From positions 19,723 to 51,722 of the forward strand of contig JAOZGB010000002.1 of NCBI GenBank assembly GCA_027491935.1: a stretch of 32,000 nt of DNA, in the 5' to 3' direction. The stretch is from Thermoproteota archaeon. GTDB lineage: Archaea; Korarchaeota; Korarchaeia; Korarchaeales; JAOZGB01. Of the stretch, positions 9,673 to 18,295 are shown in pieces (the first letter of the stretch is position 1; every line of letters starts with the position of its first letter). The position numbers and the translations under genes were made by a program. The notes beneath the pieces are model-generated. The model saw only the letters and a list, made by a program, of their open reading frames with translations, was not told the DNA's origin and searched no databases.

Positions 9673-10065
9673 TTAAAGCAGTCTAACTATCTTGACTTTC
9701 CCCATGCTTTCCCAATATTCTACCTCGACCCCAGGTTGAAGTTTAGAGAGGAGACTCTGATCTGCCGGGGGCTTAACTTCAAAGGTGTTGTATGTTTCGA
9801 GATCCATTATTTGTATGGAATCGGGGGTAGTAGATACTATCTGGGCTTTCTTCTTTTCAACAATGGGCACTTCAACCTTTTTATCAGCTGGTGCAACCAT
9901 ATCTCTTTTAACATCGTCAAATAGACCTATAGCCACCAATCTGACCTTTGCCGAACCGTGCTTTCCTGGCTTTGACTTTTCTATAGAAACAACTTCGCAG
10001 GGTTCGCCATCGATGATGACGTATCCACCTTTTTTCAAGGAACCAACGTCTTTATACATAGACAT
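9673..10065 (-). CDS. eif5a: Translation initiation factor 5A (aIF5A)
   Basis: 130 aa; hypusination loop KPGKHGSAKV. Confidence 0.9.
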   Translation of the reverse strand: MSMYKDVGSLKKGGYVIIDGEPCEVVSIEKSKPGKHGSAKVRLVAIGLFDDVKRDMVAPADKKVEVPIVEKKKAQIVSTTPDSIQIMDLETYNTFEVKPPADQSLLSKLQPGVEVEYWESMGKVKIVRLL

Positions 10066-10071
10066 ATGTAT

Positions 10072-10494
10072 CTACCTATATGATTTTTGAACACGAGCCC
10101 TAGCTGAGGGACCACCGTACTTCTTTGGTTCTGTCCGTCTCGGGTCTTCGACAAGTAGATGTCTGTCGTACTCTATAAATGTTTTCTTTAACTCCTCCGA
10201 ACCTGTATACCTTATTATAGCTTTAGCTATAGCGGTTCTTATCGCGTCAGCCTGGCTCATGAACCCTCCTCCTTTAACCTTAACTTTGATATCTATGCTA
10301 TTCCTCAGCTTGTCGTCTATAAGGAGGAGCGGCTCCTGTATTCTCATAATGGACACTCTGTTAGCACAAAAAACGTTTAGAGGCATACTGTTTATGAGGA
10401 GTCTGCCTTTGCCAGGAGTTATTGTAACGAACGCTTTAGACGTTTTTCTTTTGGCTGACGCGAAAGCCGTCTTAACCTGCTCACTTTCTCTCAT
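10072..10494 (-). CDS. rps9: 30S ribosomal protein S9 (uS9)
   Basis: Typical uS9 sequence with GGG...QADAIR and C-terminal ...ARARVQKSYR. Confidence 0.9.
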   Translation of the reverse strand: MRESEQVKTAFASAKRKTSKAFVTITPGKGRLLINSMPLNVFCANRVSIMRIQEPLLLIDDKLRNSIDIKVKVKGGGFMSQADAIRTAIAKAIIRYTGSEELKKTFIEYDRHLLVEDPRRTEPKKYGGPSARARVQKSYR

Positions 10495-10954
10495 TCTTTA
10501 ACCCCCTATATCCTAGTTGGTAGCTTATCCACCCAACTGTTACATATCTTGGGATGTATTTACCTTTAAGTCTGTCTACATGAAATTCTTGGAGACTTAC
10601 CCTTTCAGCGTTGACCGCCCAGTCTGGAGTTCCGATATAAACTCTTAGTCTTCTAAGCGCCTCCCTCCCCTTGTGTTTTTTTATAGGAAGCATCCCTCGA
10701 ACTGCGTACCATACTATTCTATCTGGTCTTCTAACGTGTTTAGGACCCTTCTCCGGGCGGCTTTGTCCTCTTATCTCCAGTCTCTTTAGATATTTTCTAA
10801 GAATATCATGTTTTGAACCCGATATTACAGCTTTTTCGCAGTTTATTATGGCAACTCTTCTCCCTAAGAGTAGATTTTTAGCCACGTAGCTCGCCATTCT
10901 ACCAAGCTTTAACCCGGAGGCATCTACAACTATATCAAATTGTTGGTCCGTCAT
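10481..10954 (-). CDS. rpl13: 50S ribosomal protein L13 (uL13)
   Basis: VVDASGLKLGRMASYVAKNLL... uL13 N-terminal signature; operon position L18e-L13-S9. Confidence 0.9.
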   Translation of the reverse strand: MTDQQFDIVVDASGLKLGRMASYVAKNLLLGRRVAIINCEKAVISGSKHDILRKYLKRLEIRGQSRPEKGPKHVRRPDRIVWYAVRGMLPIKKHKGREALRRLRVYIGTPDWAVNAERVSLQEFHVDRLKGKYIPRYVTVGWISYQLGYRGLKNERK

Positions 10955-10966
10955 ATCTTCTCAACT

Positions 10967-11326
10967 CTATACAATTATTCTCACATTTGAACCTTTAGGA
11001 TTTCTATCATAGAGTTCGAGGATTTCGAGAGCCTCGCCGCCGCTCTTCCTTATTTTTTCCCTTGCTTTCCTGGTGAATTTAAGTGCAGCTACTGTTATGG
11101 GGTGATCAAGTGTTCCGTGACCTAACACCACCCCTGGTACGACAACTGTCTCCTTGGGCTGTGTTAGCTTGTTTAGCTTCCATAGGTTTACCTCAGCTCT
11201 TCTCCTTCTAGGTTTTAGCATCCTTTCTCTGACCTTTCTCCATAATCCGGCCTTTCTTCTCCCTGAAAGTTTTTCTGCGATCTCTATAAGGAGAGGATTC
11301 GTCTTTGTTATCTTCTTCCGAGGCAT
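10967..11326 (-). CDS. rpl18e: 50S ribosomal protein L18e
   Basis: 119 aa basic protein; position between RpoD and L13; KTNPLLIEI...VNLWKLN pattern of L18e. Confidence 0.85.
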   Translation of the reverse strand: MPRKKITKTNPLLIEIAEKLSGRRKAGLWRKVRERMLKPRRRRAEVNLWKLNKLTQPKETVVVPGVVLGHGTLDHPITVAALKFTRKAREKIRKSGGEALEILELYDRNPKGSNVRIIV

Positions 11327-11346
11327 ATTATGGACACCTTGTTAAG

Positions 11347-11443
11347 TGCGGAGGGTGGGATTCGAACCCACGAACCCCTTAGGGACGGGATCTACAAGTT
11401 TCTCCTCATTCCCGCGCCTTTGACCAGGCTTGGCTACCTCCGC
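11347..11443 (-). tRNA. tRNA-Leu(GAG), class II, with a 12-nt intron at canonical 37/38 (11392..11403)
   Basis: Hand fold of the reverse complement: acceptor GCGGAGG/CCUCCGC+A73, D arm GCC-AAGCCUGGUCAAA-GGC, anticodon stem CGGGA/UCCCG, loop AU-GAG-G[AGAAACUUGUAG]A, long variable arm, T arm GUGGG-UUCGAAU-CCCAC; 97 nt. Confidence 0.85.
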
Positions 11444-11466
11444 ATGGTATTTTATACATTGGGGGG

Positions 11467-11479
11467 TAATATAAATTTT
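11467..11479 (-). promoter_or_regulatory. Putative TATA/BRE element for tRNA-Leu
   Basis: Minus-strand AAAATTTATATTA ends about 23 nt upstream of the tRNA 5' end at 11443. Confidence 0.35.
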
Positions 11480-11480
11480 G

Positions 11481-12293
11481 CTACACTATGGCTACCTGTT
11501 TTTTAAAGCTTTCAAGCTTGTCAACTATTATTTCTATAGCTTTCTGGAGTATTTGCTGCGGTTCTAGGGCGCCGGTAGTTTCGAATTGGAAGATAAATCT
11601 TGTATCGTCCATTTTCAACGAGATCGCTTTAACATCGCATGTTTCAACACATAACTTGCACAGGGAGCATCTCAGCGGATCTAAAACTATTTCGGCGTCC
11701 TTTAAAGCGAGTGCCCTCCTGCTACACACCTTGACACATTCCCCGCAGAGGTTGCATTTAGAGTTGTCAATCTCAACCGTAGGGTAGTATTTATAGCCGA
11801 TCGGCCCTACCGGCTGCCATTTGCTATGCTGTTTCCCCCTACCAAGCCTTGCTATTGCCTCAAGCACTATGCGATCCTGTTTATTTAGTTTGAATAGTGG
11901 AATGTCGGGTCTTACAGGTTTTATCGTTGGATCTTGAGGCTTAAGATCCCCCGAATATATTATTGTATTGTCCTCTATAGCCTCAACCTCTAAAATCAGC
12001 CTGGTTGTGCAGAGGGGGCAGCCGGAACCCCCGCATTTGCATTCCTCGGGCAAGTTATACTTCTTAAGGTCTGTTGTGAGGGGTATCATTCCCAGTGTAT
12101 GTGCTATGTGCTCGTCAAAATACATGGTGTTATTTTCTATCACAACTATGTAGTCTATAGCCATTGTTGGAACTTCAGATATGATTGTTCTCCGTATCGC
12201 GTTAGCTATTGCAGGGTTAGCGTTTGAGAGTTCAAACAACATGTGATGATCGGAGGCTTTAATAATTTTGATCTTCACCCTAACACCTATCAT
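11481..12293 (-). CDS. rpoD: DNA-directed RNA polymerase subunit Rpo3 (RpoD) with ferredoxin-like Cys-cluster domain
   Basis: 270 aa; NAIRRTIISEVPTMAID signature; two Cys clusters (CNLCGECVKVC, CSLCKLCVETC) as in crenarchaeal subunit D. Confidence 0.9.
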   Translation of the reverse strand: MIGVRVKIKIIKASDHHMLFELSNANPAIANAIRRTIISEVPTMAIDYIVVIENNTMYFDEHIAHTLGMIPLTTDLKKYNLPEECKCGGSGCPLCTTRLILEVEAIEDNTIIYSGDLKPQDPTIKPVRPDIPLFKLNKQDRIVLEAIARLGRGKQHSKWQPVGPIGYKYYPTVEIDNSKCNLCGECVKVCSRRALALKDAEIVLDPLRCSLCKLCVETCDVKAISLKMDDTRFIFQFETTGALEPQQILQKAIEIIVDKLESFKKQVAIV

Positions 12294-12314
12294 TGTTAAT
12301 GCTGAGCTATGATT

Positions 12315-13151
12315 TTAGTTTTGTCTTTTCTTCTTCTCTCTAAGTATTGAGAACCAAGGGTTGCTTCTGACAACCTCGTCGAGTTGGTCGATGTTTTCAA
12401 CCTTTGAGGGGGCAGCATCGGGGTGGTCGACAGTACTTATTTTTTCTATGGTTATTTCTTTCCTCACGACCTTTGCAGGCGGGATAAGTGAGACCTGTTC
12501 GCTGACATGTTTTACTGGTTGCTGCCGCTGCAATTGTTTTATTGTTTTCTCTAACCTTTCTAGTGTTCTCTCCAAAGATTCAAACCTTGATATTAGTTCT
12601 TGAATTGTTTCCGAGTATCTCTGTAATAGCATGTTAAGGGGGGACTCCTGGGTAGGTATATTGGTGTACGTCTGCCTGGCAATCACTTCCTTTCCAGATT
12701 GAACGGTGTTTTTGGGGATTTCTATGTTTATTTCTGGCGGGTACGGCTTCCACTCAATTTCAGCCTGTGTGAATGGTATCAAGGATATTTTACTCATTAG
12801 GAGTTTCTTTTCAATACTGCGAGAGACTGATGCAGATACATAATCCTCTGCGCCATCCGGCAGCCAGATCTGAACAATATTTACGTCACTAATATTATGT
12901 TTAATTATAGAAACCAATTCTTCTACGCTGTCTAAGAGCGGATCGAAAATTAGAGCTAGTATCAGTCTTCCCTTGGGGTTTTCTAGATAGAAACCTCTAA
13001 ATTTTGAGGCGCCTATGACCTTAAATCCCCTCGATATATAGTACCCTTTAATTTTTGAGGATATGTCTTCCAAAGCTCCTATAGAGAAATAGAAGTTTGA
13101 GGTTTTAAACTCTTCTCCCTCTTCTCCCGTGCGGCCTTCTAGTTCCATCAT
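12315..13151 (-). CDS. Hypothetical protein (alpha/beta N-domain + coiled coil + basic C-terminal [15 protein letters not shown] tail)
   Basis: 278-aa ORF filling the whole S11-RpoD gap on the operon strand. I recognise no family. The 5' 47 nt overlap the rps11 3' end, so the true start may be the TTG at 13073. Confidence 0.5.
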   Translation of the reverse strand: MMELEGRTGEEGEEFKTSNFYFSIGALEDISSKIKGYYISRGFKVIGASKFRGFYLENPKGRLILALIFDPLLDSVEELVSIIKHNISDVNIVQIWLPDGAEDYVSASVSRSIEKKLLMSKISLIPFTQAEIEWKPYPPEINIEIPKNTVQSGKEVIARQTYTNIPTQESPLNMLLQRYSETIQELISRFESLERTLERLEKTIKQLQRQQPVKHVSEQVSLIPPAKVVRKEITIEKISTVDHPDAAPSKVENIDQLDEVVRSNPWFSILREKKKRQN

Positions 13152-13506
13152 GGGGTATTGGTGTTACATCTTCTATTCTTATAAGCTTCATTCCGGCTCT
13201 TGCAAGGCCTCTTACAGCCCCAGCAGCCCCGGGACCAGGTATCCTGGGACCTAACCCCCCTGGAGCTCTGACTTTTACTATTAGGGCTGTTATCCCCTTC
13301 TTTTTAGCTATGTTTGCGGCTTCGGTAGCTGCTTTGAAGGCAGCATAAGGGCTGCCCTCCATCCTATCAGCTTTTACAAATCGGCCGCCTGACGATATTG
13401 CTATAGTCTCCGCTCCCGTCTGATCAGTGATATGGACGATTGTATCGTTAAATGACGAGTAAATGTGGGCTATACCGACATGCTCCTTCTTTTTAGTTGA
13501 ACTCAC
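13105..13506 (-). CDS. rps11: 30S ribosomal protein S11 (uS11)
   Basis: [18 protein letters not shown]...; C-terminal [18 protein letters not shown]. Confidence 0.95.
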   Translation of the reverse strand: MSSTKKKEHVGIAHIYSSFNDTIVHITDQTGAETIAISSGGRFVKADRMEGSPYAAFKAATEAANIAKKKGITALIVKVRAPGGLGPRIPGPGAAGAVRGLARAGMKLIRIEDVTPIPHDGTRRPHGRRGRRV

Positions 13507-14012
13507 GCCTGTTCACCCATTACCTTGTCTAATATTTCTTTATCAACTTCTATGGTATTTTCCTCCTCCACGGTAACAAGATATGATGGGATCTTGACTA
13601 TTCTACCATTGACGCGGACATGACCATGAACTACAAGCTGCCTCGCCTGGTAGGGCGTTCTAGCATATCCCTTAAGATAGACTAATGTCTGAAGCCTTCT
13701 CCTCAGAAAGTTTTCGGCTGTTACGTCGAGTACATCGTCGAGAACGGCATCGTCAGGTATTATTCCAAGCCTTTTAAGTCTTGATAGTAGTTGTTCCTCC
13801 AACTTGACATCTCTGCCCTCGGTGTGTGAGAGTAAGATTCTTGCCAATCTTCGGACCCTGCTGGCTTCATGGTGTGCCCTTAATAGTTCCCTCTTATTTC
13901 TTAGGCCGTATTCACCAACTAGCCTTATGGACCACTCAAGGTACTGTTTGTCCCATGGCTTTCTAGGCCTTCTATATTTCTTCCTCGGTTGCTTAGGGTC
14001 CCCCATTTTCAC
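13503..14012 (-). CDS. rps4: 30S ribosomal protein S4 (uS4)
   Basis: [18 protein letters not shown]-terminus and S4 RNA-binding domain ([31 protein letters not shown]). Confidence 0.95.
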   Translation of the reverse strand: MKMGDPKQPRKKYRRPRKPWDKQYLEWSIRLVGEYGLRNKRELLRAHHEASRVRRLARILLSHTEGRDVKLEEQLLSRLKRLGIIPDDAVLDDVLDVTAENFLRRRLQTLVYLKGYARTPYQARQLVVHGHVRVNGRIVKIPSYLVTVEEENTIEVDKEILDKVMGEQA

Positions 14013-14014
14013 AC

Positions 14015-14464
14015 CTACTTCTTCTTCCTAACGTATCCTACTGTTGGCCCACTTCTCCCGGTTGTTCTTGTTCTTTGACCTCTAACCTTAAGGCCTAGGG
14101 AGTGTCTTAAACCCCTATATGAGCCCATCTTTTTAAGCCTATCTATATCTATCTTCTCATATAGCTTAATGTCAGAGCCGAGGATGAGCAGGTTCTTACC
14201 TGTTATGGGGTCCCTTTGCCTGTTATAAAGCCAGGAGGGTAGCTCGTACTTATATGGGTCTTTAAAGAACTCTTCCAACTTCTCTATCTCTTCATCCGTA
14301 TATTCAGAAAGCTTCTTTTGAGGGTCGAGGTTTAGCTTCCTAAGTATGGCGTTGGATAGGGTGAACCCTATCCCCGGTATCTTTGTAAGGCTCACGAGCG
14401 CCTTCTTCTCCGCATCTAATGTTGTCCCTGCTATTCTAATAACTCTTCTCCCCACTTCTGGCAT
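14015..14464 (-). CDS. rps13: 30S ribosomal protein S13 (uS13)
   Basis: [25 protein letters not shown]... and [19 protein letters not shown]. Confidence 0.95.
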   Translation of the reverse strand: MPEVGRRVIRIAGTTLDAEKKALVSLTKIPGIGFTLSNAILRKLNLDPQKKLSEYTDEEIEKLEEFFKDPYKYELPSWLYNRQRDPITGKNLLILGSDIKLYEKIDIDRLKKMGSYRGLRHSLGLKVRGQRTRTTGRSGPTVGYVRKKK

Positions 14465-14482
14465 ATCAATCCCCTAGGAGAA

Positions 14483-14592
14483 CGCCGGGGGTGGGATTCG
14501 AACCCACGCGGCCGTCCCCGATTCTCAGGGGGCCACGGGCTCGCAGGCCTAGGCTCCAGGCCCGCCCCTTGACCGGGCTAGGGTACCCCGGC
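14483..14592 (-). tRNA. tRNA-Ser(GGA), class II, two introns: 12 nt at 37/38 (14542..14553) and about 12 nt in the variable arm (14514..14525)
   Basis: Hand fold: acceptor GCCGGGG/CCCCGGC+G73, D arm CCC-UAGCCCGGUCAA-GGG, anticodon stem CGGGC/GCCCG, loop CU-GGA-G[CCUAGGCCUGCG]A, T arm GUGGG-UUCGAAU-CCCAC. Pre-tRNA is 110 nt. The 28-nt variable region is 12 nt longer than in the neighbouring Ser(GCU). Confidence 0.8.
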
Positions 14593-14616
14593 GTTAATTT
14601 TAAAGACTTAGCTCGG

Positions 14617-14624
14617 ATTTAAAG
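14617..14624 (-). promoter_or_regulatory. Putative TATA box for tRNA-Ser(GGA)
   Basis: Minus-strand CTTTAAAT lies 24 nt upstream of the tRNA 5' end (14592), in the 33-nt gap after the cbf5 stop. Confidence 0.35.
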
Positions 14625-14625
14625 T

Positions 14626-15605
14626 TTAACGCCAAGCAGGGGGATAGACTCCTCTATCCATTAAAACCCTTATCGGCTTCGCAGCTATACCCTTGGATGA
14701 AGACAACATCTCCTCTGATGACATAGATGCTTCAGCTAGAGCCACCGCTTCGGACTTTAAGGTCATTATAACTACCATATCTTTGGGCTGTATCTTCGGT
14801 GATAGTTTAGAAATCCCCCTCACCGTGAGGGGGGCCCCATGACAGACCGCATCGACAGCTGTATCTTTAATAACTATCATTGGAAGTTTTTTTAACACGT
14901 ATTCCATTGGTTTAAGTATTCTCCTCAGAGAAGTTTCATCACCTGATTTACGCCACGTATTGCAAACTTGAAGCAGTTGGTGAAGAGTTACAGCCTCATC
15001 CTCGGTGAATGAGCCGGCAGCTGTTCTTCTTAATTCAGACATGCTTGCTCCAACAAGCAGTACCTGGCCGATGTCATGTATTAGTTTTCTAATGTAGGTT
15101 CCAGCCTGGCATTTAACCCTTATTAAGACGTAACGGCCTTCATACTCAAGAAGATCTATCCTATGAATTTTCCTTATCCGGAGCTTCCTCTTCACAGAGG
15201 ATCTTACAGGGGGTCTCTGGTAAATGTCTCCGTGAAATCTTGTTATTACTTCACTTAATCTCTCGTATTTAACATCGCCATGAAGGTATACCAGCGCTAC
15301 ATATTCCTTATCAAAGCCTGAGATGATCTTTGCTATCCTTGTGGACTTACCAATTACGAGGGGGAGAACTCCGCTTACTTTGGGATTTCTCCGGGCTATC
15401 CGCCCTCGAGAGTCCCACAGTGCCCTACCCTTTTAATTCCGAGTATGCTTCTAACCCACTTTGTAACGGTATGAGACGAGGGGCCTCTTGGCTTGTCAAG
15501 TACAATGATGGAGGTGTTCAGCAGATCTTTTATAGCCCGTTCTTCTGGGGGAGAGCCGTAAGCAGGATTAGTCTCGGCTTCTTCCCTCACTAGTAATCTG
15601 CTCAA
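14626..15605 (-). CDS. cbf5: H/ACA RNP pseudouridine synthase Cbf5 (TruB family); split gene: exon 1 15406..15605, exon 2 14626..15385
   Basis: The two track ORFs (15396..15605 and 14626..15195) are the N- and C-terminal parts of one Cbf5. My translation of 15196..15385 continues the C-terminal frame (PKVSGVLPLVIGKSTRIAKIISGFDKEYVALVYLHGD...QRPPVRSSVKRK). Joining the exons gives 960 nt = 319 aa plus stop and restores GHCGTLDPKVSGVLP. A PUA-like C-terminus is present. Confidence 0.9.
15386..15405 (-). other. 20-nt BHB-type intron within cbf5 mRNA (boundaries may shift by 1 nt without changing the product)
   Basis: RNA 5'-GGGCGGAUAGCCCGGAGAAA-3' contains an in-frame UAG. Flanks form a 4-bp helix UCUC/GAGA between the two cut sites, an inner hairpin GGC-GGAUA-GCC and an outer pairing GGGA/UCCC. 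Confidence 0.8.
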
Positions 15606-15880
15606 GATTTGCCCCCTTTACCCACGAATTCTTTATATATCTCAGTCTGAGATAGAGCTTTTATGACATCCTCGTCTGACGCGTTCTTCTCTATGTCTAT
15701 TACCACGGGTAGTGGGTCCAGGTGGTTTATGTTGCACCGTCTTCTTCTCACCCCTGTTAGTTTCTTAGGACCGGTTATTAACACGTAGTTTTTGTCTATT
15801 ACGTCGACGATTACGCATTTTCTGCCTTTCTCTCTACCTTTAGTCTTTGTGCAGACCCTACCAACTACGAACAGTGACAT
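15602..15880 (-). CDS. rpl14e: 50S ribosomal protein L14e
   Basis: KOW-type sequence MSLFVVGRVCTKTKGREKGRKCVIVDVIDKNYVLITG; ATG at 15880 preferred (track ORF extends to 15901). Confidence 0.85.
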   Translation of the reverse strand: MSLFVVGRVCTKTKGREKGRKCVIVDVIDKNYVLITGPKKLTGVRRRRCNINHLDPLPVVIDIEKNASDEDVIKALSQTEIYKEFVGKGGKS

Positions 15881-15929
15881 CTTGACACCGGTTATAAGCA
15901 ATACTGGAGAAGTGTTTTAAATTTTAACT

Positions 15930-16430
15930 TTAGGTGGGCGAAGTGCCAAGGGCTTTCTGTATTATAGGGGATAGAGCGATGGACACTATGAAGTAAAATC
16001 CGATGAATCCAACCTCATATTCGCTTAAGGGGCTGCCTCTGTGGAGAAAGCTTGAAAATGGCAGCTTGAACGGTAGTGAGGCTACTGGTATTGACCCGTA
16101 AAACCTTCGTAGAAGTATAAATACAAGCAGCATTGGAAGAGGTGTTATGAGCGATTGTTTAAGTTGCATCATCATCAGCTCCTGCTCTACGGATTTCATT
16201 TTCGATTCAAGCTTCTTTATTTTGAGTTCTCCCTTCTTGCCTTTGAGTTTAAGCTCGTATTTCAGCTTTATGAACTCCTCTCTTTGCTTACTATACTTCT
16301 TCAGCTTTTCGATATCTACAGTAAACTTGGTTACAATAGCCATTATGAAGTTTAATATGATGGCTAGTAATGTCAGGAAAATGATTGAGTTTGGTGGGTA
16401 GGAAATTAAGTTTACAAGGTTAGGCGGCAT
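15930..16430 (-). CDS. DUF106 membrane protein (EMC3/TMCO1/Oxa1-superfamily insertase-like)
   Basis: 166 aa; TM1, then a long charged coiled coil (KKYSKQREEFIKLKYELKLKGKK...), then two C-terminal TMs; conserved position immediately downstream of secY. Confidence 0.7.
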   Translation of the reverse strand: MPPNLVNLISYPPNSIIFLTLLAIILNFIMAIVTKFTVDIEKLKKYSKQREEFIKLKYELKLKGKKGELKIKKLESKMKSVEQELMMMQLKQSLITPLPMLLVFILLRRFYGSIPVASLPFKLPFSSFLHRGSPLSEYEVGFIGFYFIVSIALSPIIQKALGTSPT

Positions 16431-16440
16431 CTCATGGCAC

Positions 16441-17835
16441 CTATAGGAATCTTTTAGCTATTGGGTATATTTCTAGGAGACGCTCCTTCATAAGTGATTC
16501 GTAGATAGAGTAGGTGATGGTCACACCCAGAAGGATTCCTGAGCCGGATCCAAGGGCTCCTGTTAAATCAGCTAGTAATGCTATCACACCTATAAATAGG
16601 CCACCAAGTAGTGTTACCGAGTTTATATATCTTCGCAGTCTGTTGGCTATAATCTTTCTTGAAACCCTCATACCAGGCATCACTAGCTCCTGAGATACGA
16701 GTTGATCTGCCACCGAATCGGCGTCCATCCCTGATGTAAGGACCCAGATTACTGAGAAAACCACGCATAGAGTTATTAGTATGGTTCCGTATATGGCTGC
16801 GCGCAGCGGATCCGCGGAGAATGAAAGCATTCCGGATGGGGGCTGTGTGTAGTACGCCAAGCCTCCTTTTGGCACAAGGTTTCCTTCTACGTATTGATAC
16901 TCACCTACAATTCTGACGAGCATTCTAAGATATTCATTGTCTGAATATCCAAACCTGCTCCACAGCGTTTGACTGACAATGGCTATGTCCCCGAAAAGCG
17001 CTGATGTGAATATTATCGGGATATTTGAGACGTACAGCAATCTTAAGGGATAGCTAGCTTTATACCCACCTATTCTAGCAAAGGAAAGAGGGAATACGAT
17101 TTTAACATCATACGCCACCGCCACCGCAACGAACACAATAAAGGTTGCCGTAAGCTTCGCTATGTCAGGCAGCCCCCCACGGGTAATAGCCATAGCTCCC
17201 TCCGTAAAAAGGGCTGGGATTGCACCAACAACTCTGTCAACATCTGGGGCGGTGAAGGGGGAGAAAGCAGCCCAAAAAACCGTTTGGGCGATGCCGGCTA
17301 GAATAAAGAGGCTTATACCACTCGCTATACCCCATTTTGAACTTACTTCGTCGAGGTACATCAATATAAAACATCCTGCAGCTAGTTGAAGCCAAACAAG
17401 GAACGACGTCCTTCTATCTAAAACCCCGTACTGACCGCCGGCAACGTACAGCGCGGCTGTAACAACTATGAATAGTATCGAGGCTAGCTTCTGGGATGCT
17501 TGGAAGAACGATCGGTCGTCGGGATCCGTAAGGTCTAGAGGTATTATCTTACTTCCCACTAGGAGTTCAAGTATTATTCCAGCAGTTACTATGGGCCCTA
17601 TCCCAAGCTCTACGATTGAACCTTGAGACCCAGCAAATATTATTCTAAATGTCGCTAGGCGGTCATACCTTGACGGGGCGACCCCGTAGAGAGGTATCTC
17701 TGTTAAAATAAAATAGAGTACGAGTACGATACCACTCCATAGTAGTTTACTTCTTAACGGGACTTTTATTTTCGGGGTTTCTACCTCTGGAATGAAGGAT
17801 ACGATGCCCCTCACAATATCTCTAAATAGCCCCAT
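16441..17835 (-). CDS. secY: Protein translocase subunit SecY
   Basis: 464 aa, about 10 TM polytopic protein directly after L15; N-terminal ...IPEVETPKIKVPLRSKLLWSGIVLVLYFILTEIPLYG typical of archaeal SecY/Sec61alpha. Confidence 0.95.
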   Translation of the reverse strand: MGLFRDIVRGIVSFIPEVETPKIKVPLRSKLLWSGIVLVLYFILTEIPLYGVAPSRYDRLATFRIIFAGSQGSIVELGIGPIVTAGIILELLVGSKIIPLDLTDPDDRSFFQASQKLASILFIVVTAALYVAGGQYGVLDRRTSFLVWLQLAAGCFILMYLDEVSSKWGIASGISLFILAGIAQTVFWAAFSPFTAPDVDRVVGAIPALFTEGAMAITRGGLPDIAKLTATFIVFVAVAVAYDVKIVFPLSFARIGGYKASYPLRLLYVSNIPIIFTSALFGDIAIVSQTLWSRFGYSDNEYLRMLVRIVGEYQYVEGNLVPKGGLAYYTQPPSGMLSFSADPLRAAIYGTILITLCVVFSVIWVLTSGMDADSVADQLVSQELVMPGMRVSRKIIANRLRRYINSVTLLGGLFIGVIALLADLTGALGSGSGILLGVTITYSIYESLMKERLLEIYPIAKRFL

Positions 17836-17845
17836 GGTCTACCCC

Positions 17846-18295
17846 TCATTCTTCGATCACTCCTCCTGCTTGAACTATTTTCTCACGGGCTATTCTCGAT
17901 ATCTCAAGACCTTTAACATGGTAAACATGGGTAACCTTACCACGTCCTATAATTTTCACATTTCCCAAGAGTTCCCTGGATAGAAGGATTTTACCATCTA
18001 CATTCTTCACCAGACCTTTGGCAATTAAATCACTTAAATTTTCTTCAATATCACCGATGTTTATCGCCGTGGGCTTTTTACTCACAACAGCAGGCCTTTT
18101 AAACCCGCGAGCCCCCCTACCGAAGTACTCCGGGTCGTATTTTACGTAAAAGCTCCATTTATGCTTGTGACCTCCGGCCTTCCCAAAGCCACCTCTCCTG
18201 CCTTTTTTCCTATGCTGTCTCTCCCTTCCGTAGCCGCATGTCCGGCTTCCCCTTAGCTTTCTGGACTTTTTCTCCTTTCTCTTCATCAGTGTCAA
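17846..18295 (-). CDS. rpl15: 50S ribosomal protein L15 (uL15)
   Basis: KSRKLRGSRTCGYGRERQHRKKGRRGGFGKAGGHKHKW. Confidence 0.9.
   Translation of the reverse strand: MTLMKRKEKKSRKLRGSRTCGYGRERQHRKKGRRGGFGKAGGHKHKWSFYVKYDPEYFGRGARGFKRPAVVSKKPTAINIGDIEENLSDLIAKGLVKNVDGKILLSRELLGNVKIIGRGKVTHVYHVKGLEISRIAREKIVQAGGVIEE

Noticed and set aside
11347-11443. Alternative reading of the class II tRNA as tRNA-Tyr(GUA), with the intron at the start of the anticodon loop (loop UUGUAGA)
   Set aside because: Archaeal tRNA-Tyr is class I (short variable arm). The D arm GCCAAGCCUGGUCAAAGGC and A73 fit Leu. The BHB helix AUGA/UUGU places the cuts at 37/38, giving anticodon GAG.
13105-13151. Identical 47-nt gene overlaps (rps11 with the hypothetical ORF at 13105..13151, and rpl32e with rpl19e at 20393..20439) as a possible programmed feature
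   Set aside because: The overlapping sequences are unrelated. The equal length is most simply coincidence combined with uncertain start-codon choice (alternative TTG starts exist in both downstream genes).
14514-14531. An 11-nt variable-arm intron (CCCCUGAGAAU, 14521..14531) in tRNA-Ser(GGA), giving the arm U-GGCCG-GGGA-CGGCC-GC
   Set aside because: It gives a tidy arm, but its junctions do not fall in bulges flanking a 4-bp helix. The 12-nt alternative (14514..14525) obeys the same BHB geometry as the other introns. It is kept only as a fallback.
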